From Raja brachyura (Eukaryota): 64,000 nucleotides of DNA. The DNA lies in NCBI GenBank assembly GCA_963514005.1, contig OY740781.1, forward strand, positions 170,438,001 to 170,502,000. The letters run 5' to 3'. Of this stretch, positions 36,400 through 49,457 are shown piece after piece. Position 1 is the first letter of the stretch; every line of letters begins with the position of its first letter. The notes beneath the pieces were generated by a model that did no database searches, was not told the origin of the DNA, and worked only from the letters and a program-made list of their open reading frames with translations. The translations under genes were made by a program, and so were the position numbers.

Positions 36400-38030
36400 T
36401 GCAATATTCAATTAAGTCTTCCAAGGGGAAGCCATTCCAAACTTGATTAATGAATAGATCTCCACAAATCCTCATAACTTACCACTCCCACTATGTGCTA
36501 CTGTCAAATTTAAGAGATTCAATTACTTTGTATTTGAGAACCCTGGCAATTACCTCTTTCAATATTTATTTAATTGCAGGGTTACACAAAAAGCTGGAGA
36601 AACTCAGCGGGTGCAGCAGCATCTAAGGAGTGAAGGAGATAGGCGACGTTTCGGATCGAGACCCTTCTTCAGACCCTTTATTTAATTGCAAATGACTTGC
36701 TGACCTTAGCTTGAAGCTCAGCGATGGTGTAGTTTTGAACTTGTTGGGACAGATTTGAATTTTGAGTTGGGTCCACTTCAATATACCCTGATCAACTTGG
36801 CAAACCTCTTCATGTTTCCTTCTTACCTCTTGTAATATTCCAGTCTCACCAACTTAAATGTGATGAATGTTTTTCCGCTCCAGAGGAGTTTCAACAAACC
36901 TTTTCCCAACAGGTTCAGCCTGGAGGCTTGCAACCATTGTTCAATCGTTTAACATTTTTGTAGGTATCCCACTGTGACGTTAGTGACTCCAAATGCTTCA
37001 ATGCTTTCTCCTCTATAGGGGTCCAGATTTAATTGTGCCTTTTAAGTTCATGTCTGATGATATCTGGCAACACTGCTGCATAGTTAATCTGGTTCATCAT
37101 TGTGGCACTGTACCCCATGTTAAGCACAAATGTCACATCTCTGCCACCACTTTCATGGCGATGGTGAGGAGTTTTCTTATTTTAAATTCAGGGTTTTTAC
37201 ACGAAGCATTGTGAGTTCACATGTCATCTGCATTACAGTCTTGGCCCACCTGATCAAAAGTTTGGAAATTTTGAGTGCCTTTCTTTAAATCTGACTTTAA
37301 AATTTTGTCTGCTGCCATTGTGCACATTCTGACTAGCTCTGATAATGTGGACTTTTAAACCGCATATGTGACACCCCTCTTGCCTGAACCAGCAGTAAGG
37401 CACCATGTGTTTCTCTCTGCAGCAATGACATCCTCTGTTTGTCCTTTTAAAGTGGTGTTCAGTTTGCTTTGGAACACTGTGCTTTGCCATGTATCCATCA
37501 TGCATGTGTTTACACAAACCAGTCAGTCTTATTTGCAATTCCTGCATAGTTTTACTTGCCAATTCTTGTGCTTGGGCAATTTTCTCAAAGGCCAGATTCA
37601 CCTCTGATTGCGGATGCCTCTGAATCCACATACCAACTCTCCCTTAATTTTAAGAGTGTGTGCTCCTGTAATTAAAGTCTCACAATATCTTTTTCAAATT
37701 GGCTTCATGTTTGGTCATTGTTTGATAGATTTTCTTAAATGCGAATCAAACTTAAACCTTTGCACATTCTCACTTGGTTTTGGATAAAGATTTTTTCAAC
37801 AAATCTACCCATTTGGTAAATATTTTATGACATAGCCTCTTCAGGCTCAGCAGGATGTTCATTGTATGTGCAAGCTCCCACTGCAATAATTGGGGTAGAC
37901 CTATGTTTATTTTCTGCATTGTTATCATTTGGTGCAAAAAATTGTGAAATATATCTCACAACATTCCTCATACATCTGGGTTTGGGTGTAAGGTGCTCCA
38001 ATTCTACCTAAAGTTGTGGCATTGTTCATA
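36400..38030 (-). mobile_element. Decayed Ty3/Gypsy LTR retrotransposon gag-pol internal fragment
   Basis: Minus strand: FYPKPSENVQRFKF (gag), two CCHC-like knuckles (CHCCREKHMVPYC; CHICGLKVHIIRAS), RT start MRICGDLFINQV...FPLEDLI. Confidence 0.75.
36579..36676 (-). mobile_element. Penelope-derived 98-bp insertion carrying a complete minimal hammerhead motif
   Basis: GGGT-CTGAAGA-A-GGGT-ctcg-ATCC-GAAAC-GTC-GCCT; perfect 14-bp TSD tttatttaattgca at 36565-36578 and 36677-36690. Confidence 0.88.
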
Positions 38031-38031
38031 G

Positions 38032-38330
38032 AATCATGTGGAAATATAACACAGAAACAGCCCTTTTGGCCCACCAAGTCCACATCAGCTACAGTAATTT
38101 TTCATTAATCTGATTTTTCTGCTGTTTGCATATTTTTATCAACTCCCCAGATTTTATCACTCACCACAGGGGAATTTATGGGGGCCAATTAACCTACTGA
38201 GTAAGCATCGTTGGGATGTTGAAGGAAACTGGAGAGTTTGGGGAAAACCATGTGGTCACAGGGAGAACATTCAAACTTCACACATACAATGAAGCTGGAT
38301 CTCTGGCACTTTGAGGCAGTGGTTGTACTA
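38032..38330 (-). mobile_element. HE1-like SINE, diverged
   Basis: gaaacagcccttttggccc...ggtcacagggagaac. Confidence 0.7.
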
Positions 38331-38419
38331 GCATTTCCTTTCCTTATTCTTTAAAAAATAGACAATTGTTAGACTTCTACTGTCCGCTCCTTGTTTAAAT
38401 AGTTACCCTTTGGTCCTCC

Positions 38420-39785
38420 TTCTGGAGTAGGGCCTTGGATGCTGTCCACATGGGTTTTAATATGGCATTTGATAAAGTTCCTCATGGTAGGCTGATCCAG
38501 AAGATTAAGATGCATGGGATTCATTGTGCAATGGTTGTTTAGATTCAAAATTGCCTTCCTCATGAAAGACTGTGGTGGAAGTGAGTTGTGGTGGAAGGAT
38601 GTTATTCTGGCTGGAGGTCTATAACCAGTCTGTGACTGTGACGGAGTGACCAACACCTAGGCGATCTATGCTGGGACTTCTGTTATTTGTAATATATCTA
38701 AATGGCTGGGTCATAAATATAGATGGGTTGGATGGTAGGCAACATCACAATTGATGAAATTGCAGACAGTGTGGAAGCCTGCAAAGGATACAGCAGGACA
38801 TAGATCAGCGTCAGAAATGAGAGGGGAAATGGCAGATGGAGTTTAATGCAAGCAAACGTGAGGTGTTGCACTTTGGTAGCTCAAATGTAAGGGGAAAGAC
38901 TGTGAACAGCTTTGATATACAGATGGATTTGGAAGTTCAAGTCCACAGCTTCTTGAAAGTAGCAACACAAATAGATAGAGCAACAAGGAGGCGTATGGAT
39001 GCTTGGCTTCATCTGTCAAATGTACTCAATGTGGCATTGAGTATAACAGTCCTTGGTTGATGTGACAATAATAAACCTAAATTAAACCTAAACCTTTGGT
39101 TAGACTGTATTTGGAGTATTGTGTGCAGTTCTGGTCACCTCATTATGGGAAGGATGTGGAGGCTTTGGAGAAGATGCAGAAGAGGTTTACCAGAATGCTG
39201 TCTGGATTGGAAAGTAATGGCTATAAAGAGAGGTTGGACAAACTTGGATTGTTTTCTCTGAAGTATCGGAGACTGAGAGACCTGATAGAAGTAAATAAAC
39301 TTATGAGGCAGCTATAGGGTAGACAGTCAGAACCAATTTCCCAGGGTGGAAATATCAAAGACATTGACAGGTACATGGATAGGAAAGATTTAGAGGGATA
39401 TGGGTTAAACATGGACAGATGGGAATAATGAAGTTAGGGATCATGGATATGGGAAATTTGGATCGAACAACCTGTTTTTGTGCTGTATATGGCTCTATGA
39501 CTGTAGGATATAGCTTTAAGGAAAACTTTAAAGGAGATTTTTTTGAGGAAAGGTTTTTTACGCAGAGAATTATGGGTGCCTGGAATGCACTGCCTGGGTG
39601 GTGGCGGAGACAGATACTCTTGTGATATTAACGTGTTTTTGGATAAGCACCACATATGCAGGAAATCGAAGAATATGGATCATGTATGTGCAGGCAAAAA
39701 AAAGATTAATATAACTGGCATCACAGACATTGTGGGGTAGAGGGAACTTATCTTCCTGTACTGTTCAATGTTATATGTTGCATGT
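38420..39785 (+). mobile_element. CR1 LINE RT/3' region, decayed and rearranged
   Basis: AFDKVPH, MEFNASKREVLHFG, LEYCVQFWSPHY motifs with frameshifts. Confidence 0.88.
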
Positions 39786-41732
39786 TATGAATCTGCATAG
39801 TTGTTTATATTGTAACTATCTGGCACCCACGGTTGCAAGAAAAAGATGCATTATTATTTAAACTCTGTCAATGCTTACATCAAAATGGACAAAGGCAAGT
39901 GTTCCTACTACCTTGTAATTGGATAGTAGCATGTTTCTTCGGTTATCTCCAGCTAATTAAATATTGACATAACACTGTTCAAAAAATAGAGGGGATCTGA
40001 ACTAAGATTTGTTATCAATGTGCTACTGGTGGTCTGTTTACATATGACCATTTTATTAATCCCATTATTCAGAGCAATATATCACATCCAGGATTCAGAG
40101 CAATTGAAAAGTTCACAAGTTTGCAAGTTGTCACAAACATGGTGGGATTTGCTTTCTACAAAAGTGTGAGAGCACAACGTTTGACATTGAAGAGAAGCAC
40201 ATAGGTAACCATGTTTGCTCTTTATATGGGAAGCATCATCAGTGGCTGATTTTATTGTTATTTTCAGCAGCCCTAGGCTGAGTAAGTACTTATCGTTTAT
40301 GTTTTCTTTCTGTTCCAATCATATATTTTTCAGATGACATTGCTGCAGGTCACTTTTAATATTTGCATTTCAATCCTCTTAGCCTCTCCTCAAAAACGAA
40401 GCGACCATTTTCTGAAACACTCATTCAATTGCATCCATTGCAAATTGGAGTCTAACCATGCGATGCCTTCCTTCTCACCTTTGAGGGTCTTGTGATAAAT
40501 ATAATCCATTACTAGCTGAACAATGTTTGGGAACCCCTGAAGCTGTTCAGAATGAGAATATTGCAGAATTGTTCAAGACACAGAGCTCCATTTGAAAGGG
40601 AAATTCAGAGGCCCAATTAAAACAATGTATTTCTATAATCAGTAAGTTATCAGAGACAGCAAATGAGAGTGGAAGTCTTATTGAAGACAGTAGATCAGAA
40701 AATCAAGCACATAGCAAACAGGACTTGATTTATTGGCCTTCTGATTTTCTGGTCATTACTAATTTGATGAATCTGCTGGGATCAGAGTGTCTGTTTTTTC
40801 CCCATTTTCTATTGGCATTTAGGAATTGGTTAAAGTAAACTGCTTTCTTGTTGATCAACTGAAGGATATAACCTCCCCCCCCCCCCCAGAAAGCACCTTG
40901 CCACAGCTCCTGAATATGTTTGTATTTGGAAGCTTCAGGAAAAAGCAAGGTGATAATGAGGGAGATGATGGCCACTATTCATTGCTCCTTCTGAGGAGGA
41001 TGGGTGGAAGTCCACTTGCAATGGCTTGCCTCCTTAAGTAGTTCTCTTGGGAGACATCATTGACAGATAGGTGCACACACTCTTGAGAGGGATGTACACA
41101 AAATGTGAGTGAAAATCAGCAAAGATCCTCCTGTTTCAAAAGTTGCATTCAGCAACATTGATTTCTTAATCTTGTCATGTGGAAACAATACAACATGATG
41201 CAGCTCGAGCGAAATCTAATCCCTGTATCAAATCAGCAAGCATATCCCCTATTGCCTAGTGTTTTGTTGATCCACCTTTATCTTGCAGACTATCATTTCT
41301 GAAAAATTAGATTTCTGATCCCATTTTACACCATTGCACCTGAAATAACCCAATAGTATTTCACTGGTGCTCTGTTACTGTTAACATTATTTTCAATAAC
41401 TCATCTAAACTCAAGTTAAATCCTAATGTCTATTATATAAATTGATTTTCACACCACAACATTCGAGCACAGCACACATAAAATATATTGTGGATTGTTT
41501 ATATGCGGTCGATTATCTCTGGAATTCTCTACTTGAGAGGAATGCAGATGCTCAGGAAGGAAATAGACACATTTTTGCAAGCAAAGGTAATTGAGAATGG
41601 TAGGGAAGTGACAAAGATTAAATAAAGCCTAGGGCAGATCAACCATAATCAAAATTAAGGTAGAAACAGGCCTGATGGCTGATTTTCCTACACATATTGC
41701 TTTTTTGTTCCAGTACATGCCATCCTCAGGAT

Positions 41733-42400
41733 CAGGGGCGGAAATCCCGGGGGGACACGTCCCCCCCCGTCCCCTCCCCCATTTTGAGAGGTGGGGGCCG
41801 ACCCCCCCCCACATTTTTTGTAATCCGATTAAAATACTCGGTGACATCTCCACTTTCCGCGAGACAGTGGAGGTGGGATTGCTGAGGGTGAGGGTGAGGG
41901 TGCCGATTGGATGAGAGAGACATTGGTCAGCAGGCAATGGGGGCGGGACATTCAGCGTGATCATTGGATGAGGGAGTTGTCGGTCAGAGGCGGAAGTAGG
42001 TGGGGTGGTGGGACTGAGGATAGAGTGCGGTGATTGGAGGAGGGAGACATGTCAAAATACTCTCGGCAGCCCTGGACACAGACCTGCACCTCATCCGCAT
42101 CCAGGATCAATCCTACTCTCTGGCACTGCAATTGCTGCCGAACCGCCACTGGACCACCCCCGTCCACACCCGAGTACCTCCCCGGGTGTGGCCAGAGACG
42201 CCGGGAGTCAGATGGGAGCTGTGCCTCCAGGCCCACAGCCAGCGCAGAGAAGCAGTGCTAAACCCAGCTCAACTCTGCTTGTCCCGCTGGGTTAACCTAC
42301 AGCCCTGCCTGGACTTACGGGAAAAATGGCCCAGGTTTACAGTCACCGTGGAGAAGCAGCACTAGCTCCACGACTCCAGGCTGATATCCCGTCAGTCCAG
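41733..42400 (+). mobile_element. Possible hAT-like DNA transposon left end (right end not found)
   Basis: Abrupt GC-rich start caggggcggaaatcccggggggacacgtcccccc resembles hAT termini with a subterminal palindrome; no matching TIR or TSD seen. Confidence 0.4.
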
Positions 42401-43652
42401 TTTAACAAAATATCATAGCACAAATATCAATAGAAGAAATAGGTTATCAATTTCCAAAGCAACTATCTAAAGTGGCTACCCATAGTGAGACTGGCTGCCT
42501 TGGTTCTTAAGGGACAATATGATTAACCTGGTGAGGTTATATATAAACAGATATTTTTTCAACATGGGTTTACATTTGCGCTTATTAAAATTGATGGGAG
42601 CTTGTTCATATATATGATGTGCCCATAAATTGGGCTTTCAAAACCCAGGAAGGGCCCGTATTCCTTTATCAGGATAATCTAAAATTCTTCGCAGTCGAGA
42701 GATAATAGAATAAGGTCCCGCAATTTGTCTTTGGAGCTGTTCCTTGAGGAAAAATATTGGGCATGATTCTCAGAAAAGGCATATAGCTGTATACTTTATA
42801 TCAATCAGTCGACTGGCATTTTAATGCCATAATGTTAATGCATGTTAATCAAAATTTAAGAGGAGATAATATGACACCCAGGATACACATACACCGTAAA
42901 ACAAAAAAGATCAAAATTAATTTGATTGGTGCCACTAAAGCTTTGTGTATTGATGATATTATATTTTATGTTCATGGGTGTTTTAAGGTTGATATTTAGT
43001 TTACAATTGATCAGCAAAAAAATGCTGCTGGTTTTGGAGCCTTCTGATGACATCTACTGGTGGGAAGCGGTAAGTGGTCAGATTAAAATCATCACAATAA
43101 CAATCAAAAGACAAAGTGCTGAAGAAACTCAGAGGCTCAGGCAGCATCTCTGGAGAATATGGATAGGTGACATTTGGTGTTGGGATCCTTCTACAGACTG
43201 ATTGTAGTTGGGGGCTCAATGTACTAAACAGATTTGTAATATTTTGAATGCAACTACCATCTGAAATAATGATAGCATGATTTACATAATTTGAAATGTT
43301 GTCTTTTGTTTCTCAAAGAAACAATAAAGTGGGTTTTTGAATTAAAATACTGAAATGAGCCTTGGCTGAGATATTCAGGCAATTTCATGAGAATTTTGAA
43401 TGAAATTAAAAATTGAAGGAGAAATATGGACCCACAGAAAGTACTCCAGCTTGTAAAATATTCATCAGGATAACTGAATATTCAATTTCAACAGGAGGGA
43501 TTCTTTACCTATTGGCTGGATCCTAGCAACAATGGACTATCCCGATTTTTGATTCTTTCTAATGGCATTTTATCACACATGCTGCTTATTACACGGGTTT
43601 CCCTTGCCATTTTCAGTATTTATTTCAAATTTCCAGCAACTGCTAATTTTTG

Positions 43653-43958
43653 ATTTAGTTTAGAGAAATAGCATGGAAACAGTCCATTCGGCCATCCGAG
43701 TCCATGCCAACTTTGATCACCAGTTCGCACTAGTTCCATATGATCCCACTTTGTAGTCAATTCCCTACACATCAGGGGTAATTTTATAGAGGCTAATTAA
43801 CCTACAAATCCTCACATCTTTGGAATGTGGGAGGAGACTGGAGTACTCGGTGGAAACTTGCACGATCAAAGGAGAACATACAAACTCCACACAGACAGCT
43901 CCCGAGGTCAGGATCGAACCCGTGCCTCTGGCACTCTGAGGCAATAGCTCTACCAGCT
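43653..43958 (-). mobile_element. HE1-like V-SINE
   Basis: ggatcgaaccc B box and V-core in antisense. Confidence 0.85.
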
Positions 43959-44734
43959 ATGTCATGCTTCCATTAATCCCTCTCGTGATACCGCATGTTA
44001 CCTTACTGGCTAGCTCTGGACATACTTTACGAGACCAATCCACCAAACACCTTGCACCGATGACACAGCCAATTAAGAGTTTACCAAGGATACTGATCGC
44101 TGTTGCTGCCAGTTTGTGTTCAAAACCTTCAAGGTCCACCTAACACCTTTACCCCCCCACCCCCCCAACCCCCCCAACCCCCCCCAACCCCCCCCCCCCC
44201 CCACCCTTCTTGCCACAGCTCCTGAATATTTTTGTTTTTAGAAGCTTCAGGAAAATGCAAGGTGATAATGAGGAAGATGATGGCCACTATTCATTGCTCC
44301 TTCTGAGGAGAAGATGGGTGGAAGTCCATTTGCAATGACTTGCCTCCTTAAGTAATTCTCTTGGGAGACGTCATTGACAGATAAGTGTTTTCTGACAAGA
44401 CTGCAGGAGGTTTATTTCCTAATTGGTCTTCTCCTTCGGCAAGCTTCAGGGCTGTTAATATTCCCTCCATTTCTTCCAGCTCTGCCATCATTATCACTGT
44501 CCATTGCCAACCACATGACAAAAGCTCCAGGACAGAAAGGTGAAGCAAAAAATTCCCTCTCTCTGATGGGAATTCTGTGAGTCCATCTCCCAAAATTCCC
44601 CCATTGTAGTTTCCACTGCTCTCCTGCCCTTTGACCATGTTCTGGCCTAGACTCACTACCTAGCCACATATCCTTCTCAGTATTTGTGTTGGCTGTCATT
44701 GCAGGTGGATTCCAGCTCAGTTTCTATTCACCCC

Positions 44735-44872
44735 TAGATAGGCAAAAAAATGCTGGAGTAACTCAGGTAGCATATTCCTTTTCTCCAGAGATGCTGCCTG
44801 ACTCGCTGAGTTACTCCAGCATTTTGTGTTTATCTTCAGTGCAAACCAGCATCTATAATTCCTTCCTACTAT
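44735..44872. mobile_element. Penelope inverted terminal fragments
   Basis: aaaatgctggagtaactcag ... ctgagttactccagcatttt inverted pair. Confidence 0.7.
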
Positions 44873-45335
44873 GATTCAGAGTTCGGTCACAGCCAAGAAT
44901 TTGAGTATTCACGCTCGATCCATCACTTCTTCCAACAGTTTTTCCTCCGTGTCGGACACTCTACATTCTGCACCATGCGTCAGTACCTTCTTGCCCTTTC
45001 TCTGGTTCCAGGCTTTGCTCTCCCAAATGTGCCATTGACCTCTACACTTCTTCATTCTTCGCCAGATCCACACTTTCAATCAGCACTTCTCCTCCTTCCT
45101 GACATCCACTGAGCATTGTAAGCTCATCTCTCTTATTTTGTACCATATCCCACCTTACTTTCCCACCAGATTCAATCACCCTCATATCTTGTTACCTCCA
45201 CTAATACATCCCAGCTTCAGTTATTATCTCCACACCCCTCTCCTCCACTTATCTCCATCCACCAATCTATCCTTCCTCACCAGCATCTACCTCCCTTCCA
45301 CTGGCTATCTCCTCTCAATTCCTTTAATCCATGGG

Positions 45336-46172
45336 AACATGGCAGATGCAGTTTAATGTGAATAAATGTGAGGTTATCCACTTTGGTGGCAAAAACAGGA
45401 AGGCAGATTATTATCTGAAGAGTGTCAAGTTGGGAAAAGGGGAAGTACAAAGAGATCTGGGTGTCCTTGATCAACAGTCAATGAAAGTAAGCATGCAGGT
45501 ACAGCAGGCAGCGAGGAATGCTAATGGCATGTTGACCTTCATAAAAGAGGAGTTGAGTATAGGAGCAAGTAGGTCCTTCTGCAGTTGCACAGGGCCCTAG
45601 TGAGATCATACCTGGAGTATTGTGTGCAGTTTGGTCTCCAAATTTGAGGAAGGGCATTCTTGCTATTGAGGGAGTGCAGCGTAGGTTCACAAGGTTAATT
45701 CCCAGGATGGCGGGACTGTCATATATTGATAGAATGGAGTGGCTGGGCTTGTATACTCTGGAATATAGAAGGATACGAGGGGATCTTATTGAAACATTTA
45801 AGATTATTAAGGGATTGGACACGCTAGAGGCAGGAAACATGTTCCCGATGTTGGGGGAGTCCAGAACCAGGGGCCACAGTTTAAGAATAAGGGGTAGGCC
45901 ATTTAGAATGGAGATTAACTTTTTTACCCAGAGAGTTGTGAATCTGTGGAATTCTCTGCCTCAGAAGGCAGTGAAGGCCAATTTTCTGGACGCTTTCAAG
46001 AGAGAGTTGGACAGAGCTCTTAAAGATAGCGGAGTCAGGGGATATGGTGAGAAGGCAGGAATGGGCTACTGAATGTGAATGATCAGCCATGATCACAGTG
46101 AATGGTGCTGCTGGCTCAAATGGCAAAATTGCCTACCCCTGCACCTATTGTCTATTGTCTATTGCCTATTGT
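45336..46172 (+). mobile_element. CR1 (HER1-like) 3' ~840 bp
   Basis: WQMQFNVNKCEVIHFG; AIEGVQRRFTRLIP; (tattgtc)n tail. Confidence 0.95.
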
Positions 46173-46310
46173 CAGATGAAGGGTCTTGACCCAAAATATC
46201 AACTGTCTTTTCCCCTCCACATACGCTGCTTGACCCACTGAGTTCATCCAGCAGTTTACTTTTTGCACCTGATAGTTTCCCAGTTTGAAATATCAGGATG
46301 ACTTAACTGA

Positions 46311-47215
46311 GTGGTGGCGCTGTTGAGTGTGGCAGCCTCGCCTGCAGCTGTTCGTCTTTTCATCCTTTTAAAAAATCTTTAATCTGTCAAAAAGTTTTGT
46401 TGTGGAGGTCTTTAGTCTTTTTATGTGGGGGATGGGGGGGGGAAAGGGGGAAATTGTTTTTCTCAGTCACTACCTGGTCGAGGATGCATGCCGCATCTCC
46501 GAGCTATGTCTTCGCCCCCTCCTCGCGCCCACCATCTGGATTGGCGCGGTCTTTCCTGTCGGAGACCGGCCAGAGCTTCAGTTTCAGCATCAGCGCGGCA
46601 CTGAAGTACCATTGCGGAGCGGGCGATGCCTTACCGGGGTCGCTGTGTGGAGCGCCTGAGTGCTGGGACTGCTGACTTTAACACCGTGGAGCTGTAGCTG
46701 CGGAGCTTCCAGCCGCAGGCGGCGCTGACTTTAACATCGCGGGGCCCTGGAATCTTTTCGCTGTGGATCGCTGTTGGAGCTCCGTCCAGCTCGGCCTGCG
46801 GACTTGGGGATCCGCGGTCTCCGGTAGGAAGCAGCCGTTTTGGAACTCCAAGCCACTGAGAGTGTTCTTCCGACGCCGGAGTTCCATCATCTGGCGAGAG
46901 GGCCTGAAACATCGGGCTGCCGTTGCGACGACTGCGGAGGCCTCAATAGGCCCCGACCACGGGTGAACAAGAGGAAGTGGACTGAACTTTGGTGCCTTCC
47001 CTCACAGTGGGAAACGTTGATTCCGCTGTTGGGGGATGTTTTTATGTTTAATGTTAAATTCTATAATGTTGTGTTTATCTTATTTGTGTGCTGCAGGGTA
47101 ACCCAAATTTCACTGCACAAATTGGTGTATGTGACAACAAATGTCTGTACAGCACTTTGGTCAATGTTGGTTGTTTTTAAATGTGCTATAAATTGATTTG
47201 ATTTTGATTTGATTT
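46311..47215 (+). mobile_element. GC-rich non-autonomous element, family G1
   Basis: gtggtggcgctg...ctcgcctgcag head, G-run, hairpin at 46998-47036, tatgtgacaacaaa and (tttga)n tail. Confidence 0.7.
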
Positions 47216-47402
47216 ATGCCTTCTTCAGGTAAAATAATTTGTCATGGCACTTTGCTGTAAATCAATTGTAGTAATCGCAATTGTTCTCATGATCCTGCAT
47301 TTATTTCCATGGAGGAGTCTGTAATATACATCTGCTATCTGATTGCTGGTGTTTCTTCTGGGATCTAGTGAAGTGTGAGTGTAAATCTTTTATATTCTCT
47401 TA

Positions 47403-47872
47403 TGACGCCTGGAGGCTGCAGCTGATCGTCCGATCAGCAGAGAAGATTATTGGCTTCAACCTTCCCTCCATTGATGAACTGTACACTGCAAAGGTCAGGA
47501 AGCCAGTGGGCAAGATCACCTCAGACCCCTCTCACCCTGGCCACAAACTCTTTGAATCACTTCCCTGTCGAAGGCGACTCCGGACTGTCAAAACTGCCAC
47601 AGCCAGCCATAAAAACAGTTTTTATCCACGAGTAGTTGCTCTACTCAACAGCCAAAAATCTGTAGCCTCCCTTTGATCTGGTATTTTGTTGGTTCACATG
47701 CTTAATCAATGGTGTTTTATCATTAATGCACTATTATTATTAATGTCTAGTGTTTTCTGAGTCATTCGTAACTGCCACGGTATGTCATGTTGTTACTTGT
47801 GGGCGGAGCACCAAGGCAAATTCCTTGTATGTGAATACTTGGCCAATAAACTTACTTACTTACTTACTTACT
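47403..47872 (+). mobile_element. Rex1/Babar 3' end
   Basis: RLQLIVRSAEKIIG...DPSHPGHKLFESLP...KNSFYP; caataaa followed by (ctta)n. Confidence 0.88.
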
Positions 47873-47979
47873 CAGGGGCAAATAGCCCAAATCCTGATCA
47901 CTGTGTCGTTTTTGCATTGGTGGTGTTTAGCCCAAATGTAAATTTACAATTGATACAAGCATGTTGTCAGAACTCGAGG

Positions 47980-48385
47980 ACCTAAGCTATGAGAAAAGAT
48001 TAGGCAGCTTGAACTTTATTCTTTGGAGCAGAGGGGGCTGAGGAGTGAAAATATAGTGGTGTATAAAATCGAGTCGGGAATAGATAGGGTTAATGTTTTT
48101 TACGCAGGATATGGGAATCAAGAACTAGAGGACATAGGTTTGTGGTGAAAGAGGTAAGATTTAATAGTAATCTGAGGGGCAACATTTTCACACAGAGGAA
48201 GGTAGGTATAAGGAACAAGCAGGTAGAGGAGGTAATTGAGGCAGGTATTATAATGGCATTTAAAAGACATTGGTACATGAATCGGAAACGTTTATAGGCG
48301 TCTGGACCAAACATGGGCAAATGGGATTAGTTAAGATGAGGCATCTTGGTCAGCATGGACTAGTTGGGCCGAAGGGCCATATGAC
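47980..48385 (+). mobile_element. CR1 3' fragment
   Basis: agaactagaggacatagg (RTRGH), gggccgaagggcc tail. Confidence 0.85.
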
Positions 48386-49344
48386 TAGTGAATCTGTAAT
48401 AGGTTAATGTTGTAAGCAAAAAGGAAACTATATCATATCCACTGTACTCTTTCAATCCAATATTCAAGGCTTAATACCATTTAATGCATCTTTTTTTCTA
48501 TATGGTTACTTATGACATAATATGAATGCCCTATTCGTCTATCATGAGCGTTTGATTTAAATTGCACTCATTTCATTACAGGCCCAATTTTTTCCGCAAT
48601 TTGTTCGGTTCATTTTAATATCATGAAGTCATCGACTGAAAAATAAATGAATGTCAACTGCACACAGCTCCCTGTCAGATTTTCACAGCAAGCTGCTCAA
48701 ACAATAGCATGACAAAGGAGAAATGTACACCATTGACCTTGATGTGAGAAAACAGAGCAAACTCTTGGAGGCTTCATATTTTTTATTATTATTTAAGCAC
48801 ATGGAATTTGACAGAAATGAAAGATCATCAGAAAAGCCAATTGTGAGGGAGTGAGTGTAAACAAAGATTTAACAAAAACACCTGTCATGAATTCATACAA
48901 GGGTCACATCAGACACATTTATTAAGAAGAATGTATTGTATCCCATCACCAGTAATGCAGGTCTGTACTGACTTTTGGGGATACACAGAATTACAAGTGA
49001 ATTTATATTGATTCAGCCAACCACATAAGAAAATGGCCTGTACACCACAAACCACCCACTTCAAAATAGACCTCCCTCCACACGGCAAGCCATATATCAC
49101 TAAGTACACCCCCTGTACATGGCAGACCATCTTCTAAAAGCAGACCAAACTACTTGTAATAGCTTATGCTCTCTGAGAAGGATATCTATCTAATAACCGA
49201 TCACACTGTACAATCTCAATCCCCTGCATTAAAGAACCCCCTTGGCATTTCAGTTTACAAATCACACTGCAGGAGCCTGTCAACAAAGTTTAACCCAGTC
49301 CGCACTGCAGAATCCCCCGCAGAATTGCAAATGACAGATCACAC

Positions 49345-49457
49345 TGCATGACCTCCAAACGCATGACATGACCTCCACTCGCGCTACATGACCTCTTCCA
49401 CACGCACGACATGACCTCCACTCGCACGACATGACCTCTTCCACACGCACTGCAGAA
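49345..49457. repeat. ~20-bp minisatellite (acatgacctccactcgcacg)x5
   Basis: Five catgacctc anchors at 20-23 nt spacing. Confidence 0.85.

Noticed and set aside
42600-42830. Possible hAT transposase zinc-finger remnant downstream of the 41733 terminus
   Set aside because: Key Cys/Trp residues are not recoverable in one frame.
43960-44140. Possible Harbinger transposase remnant on the minus strand
   Set aside because: Only a few residues of resemblance, requiring frameshifts; too weak to call.
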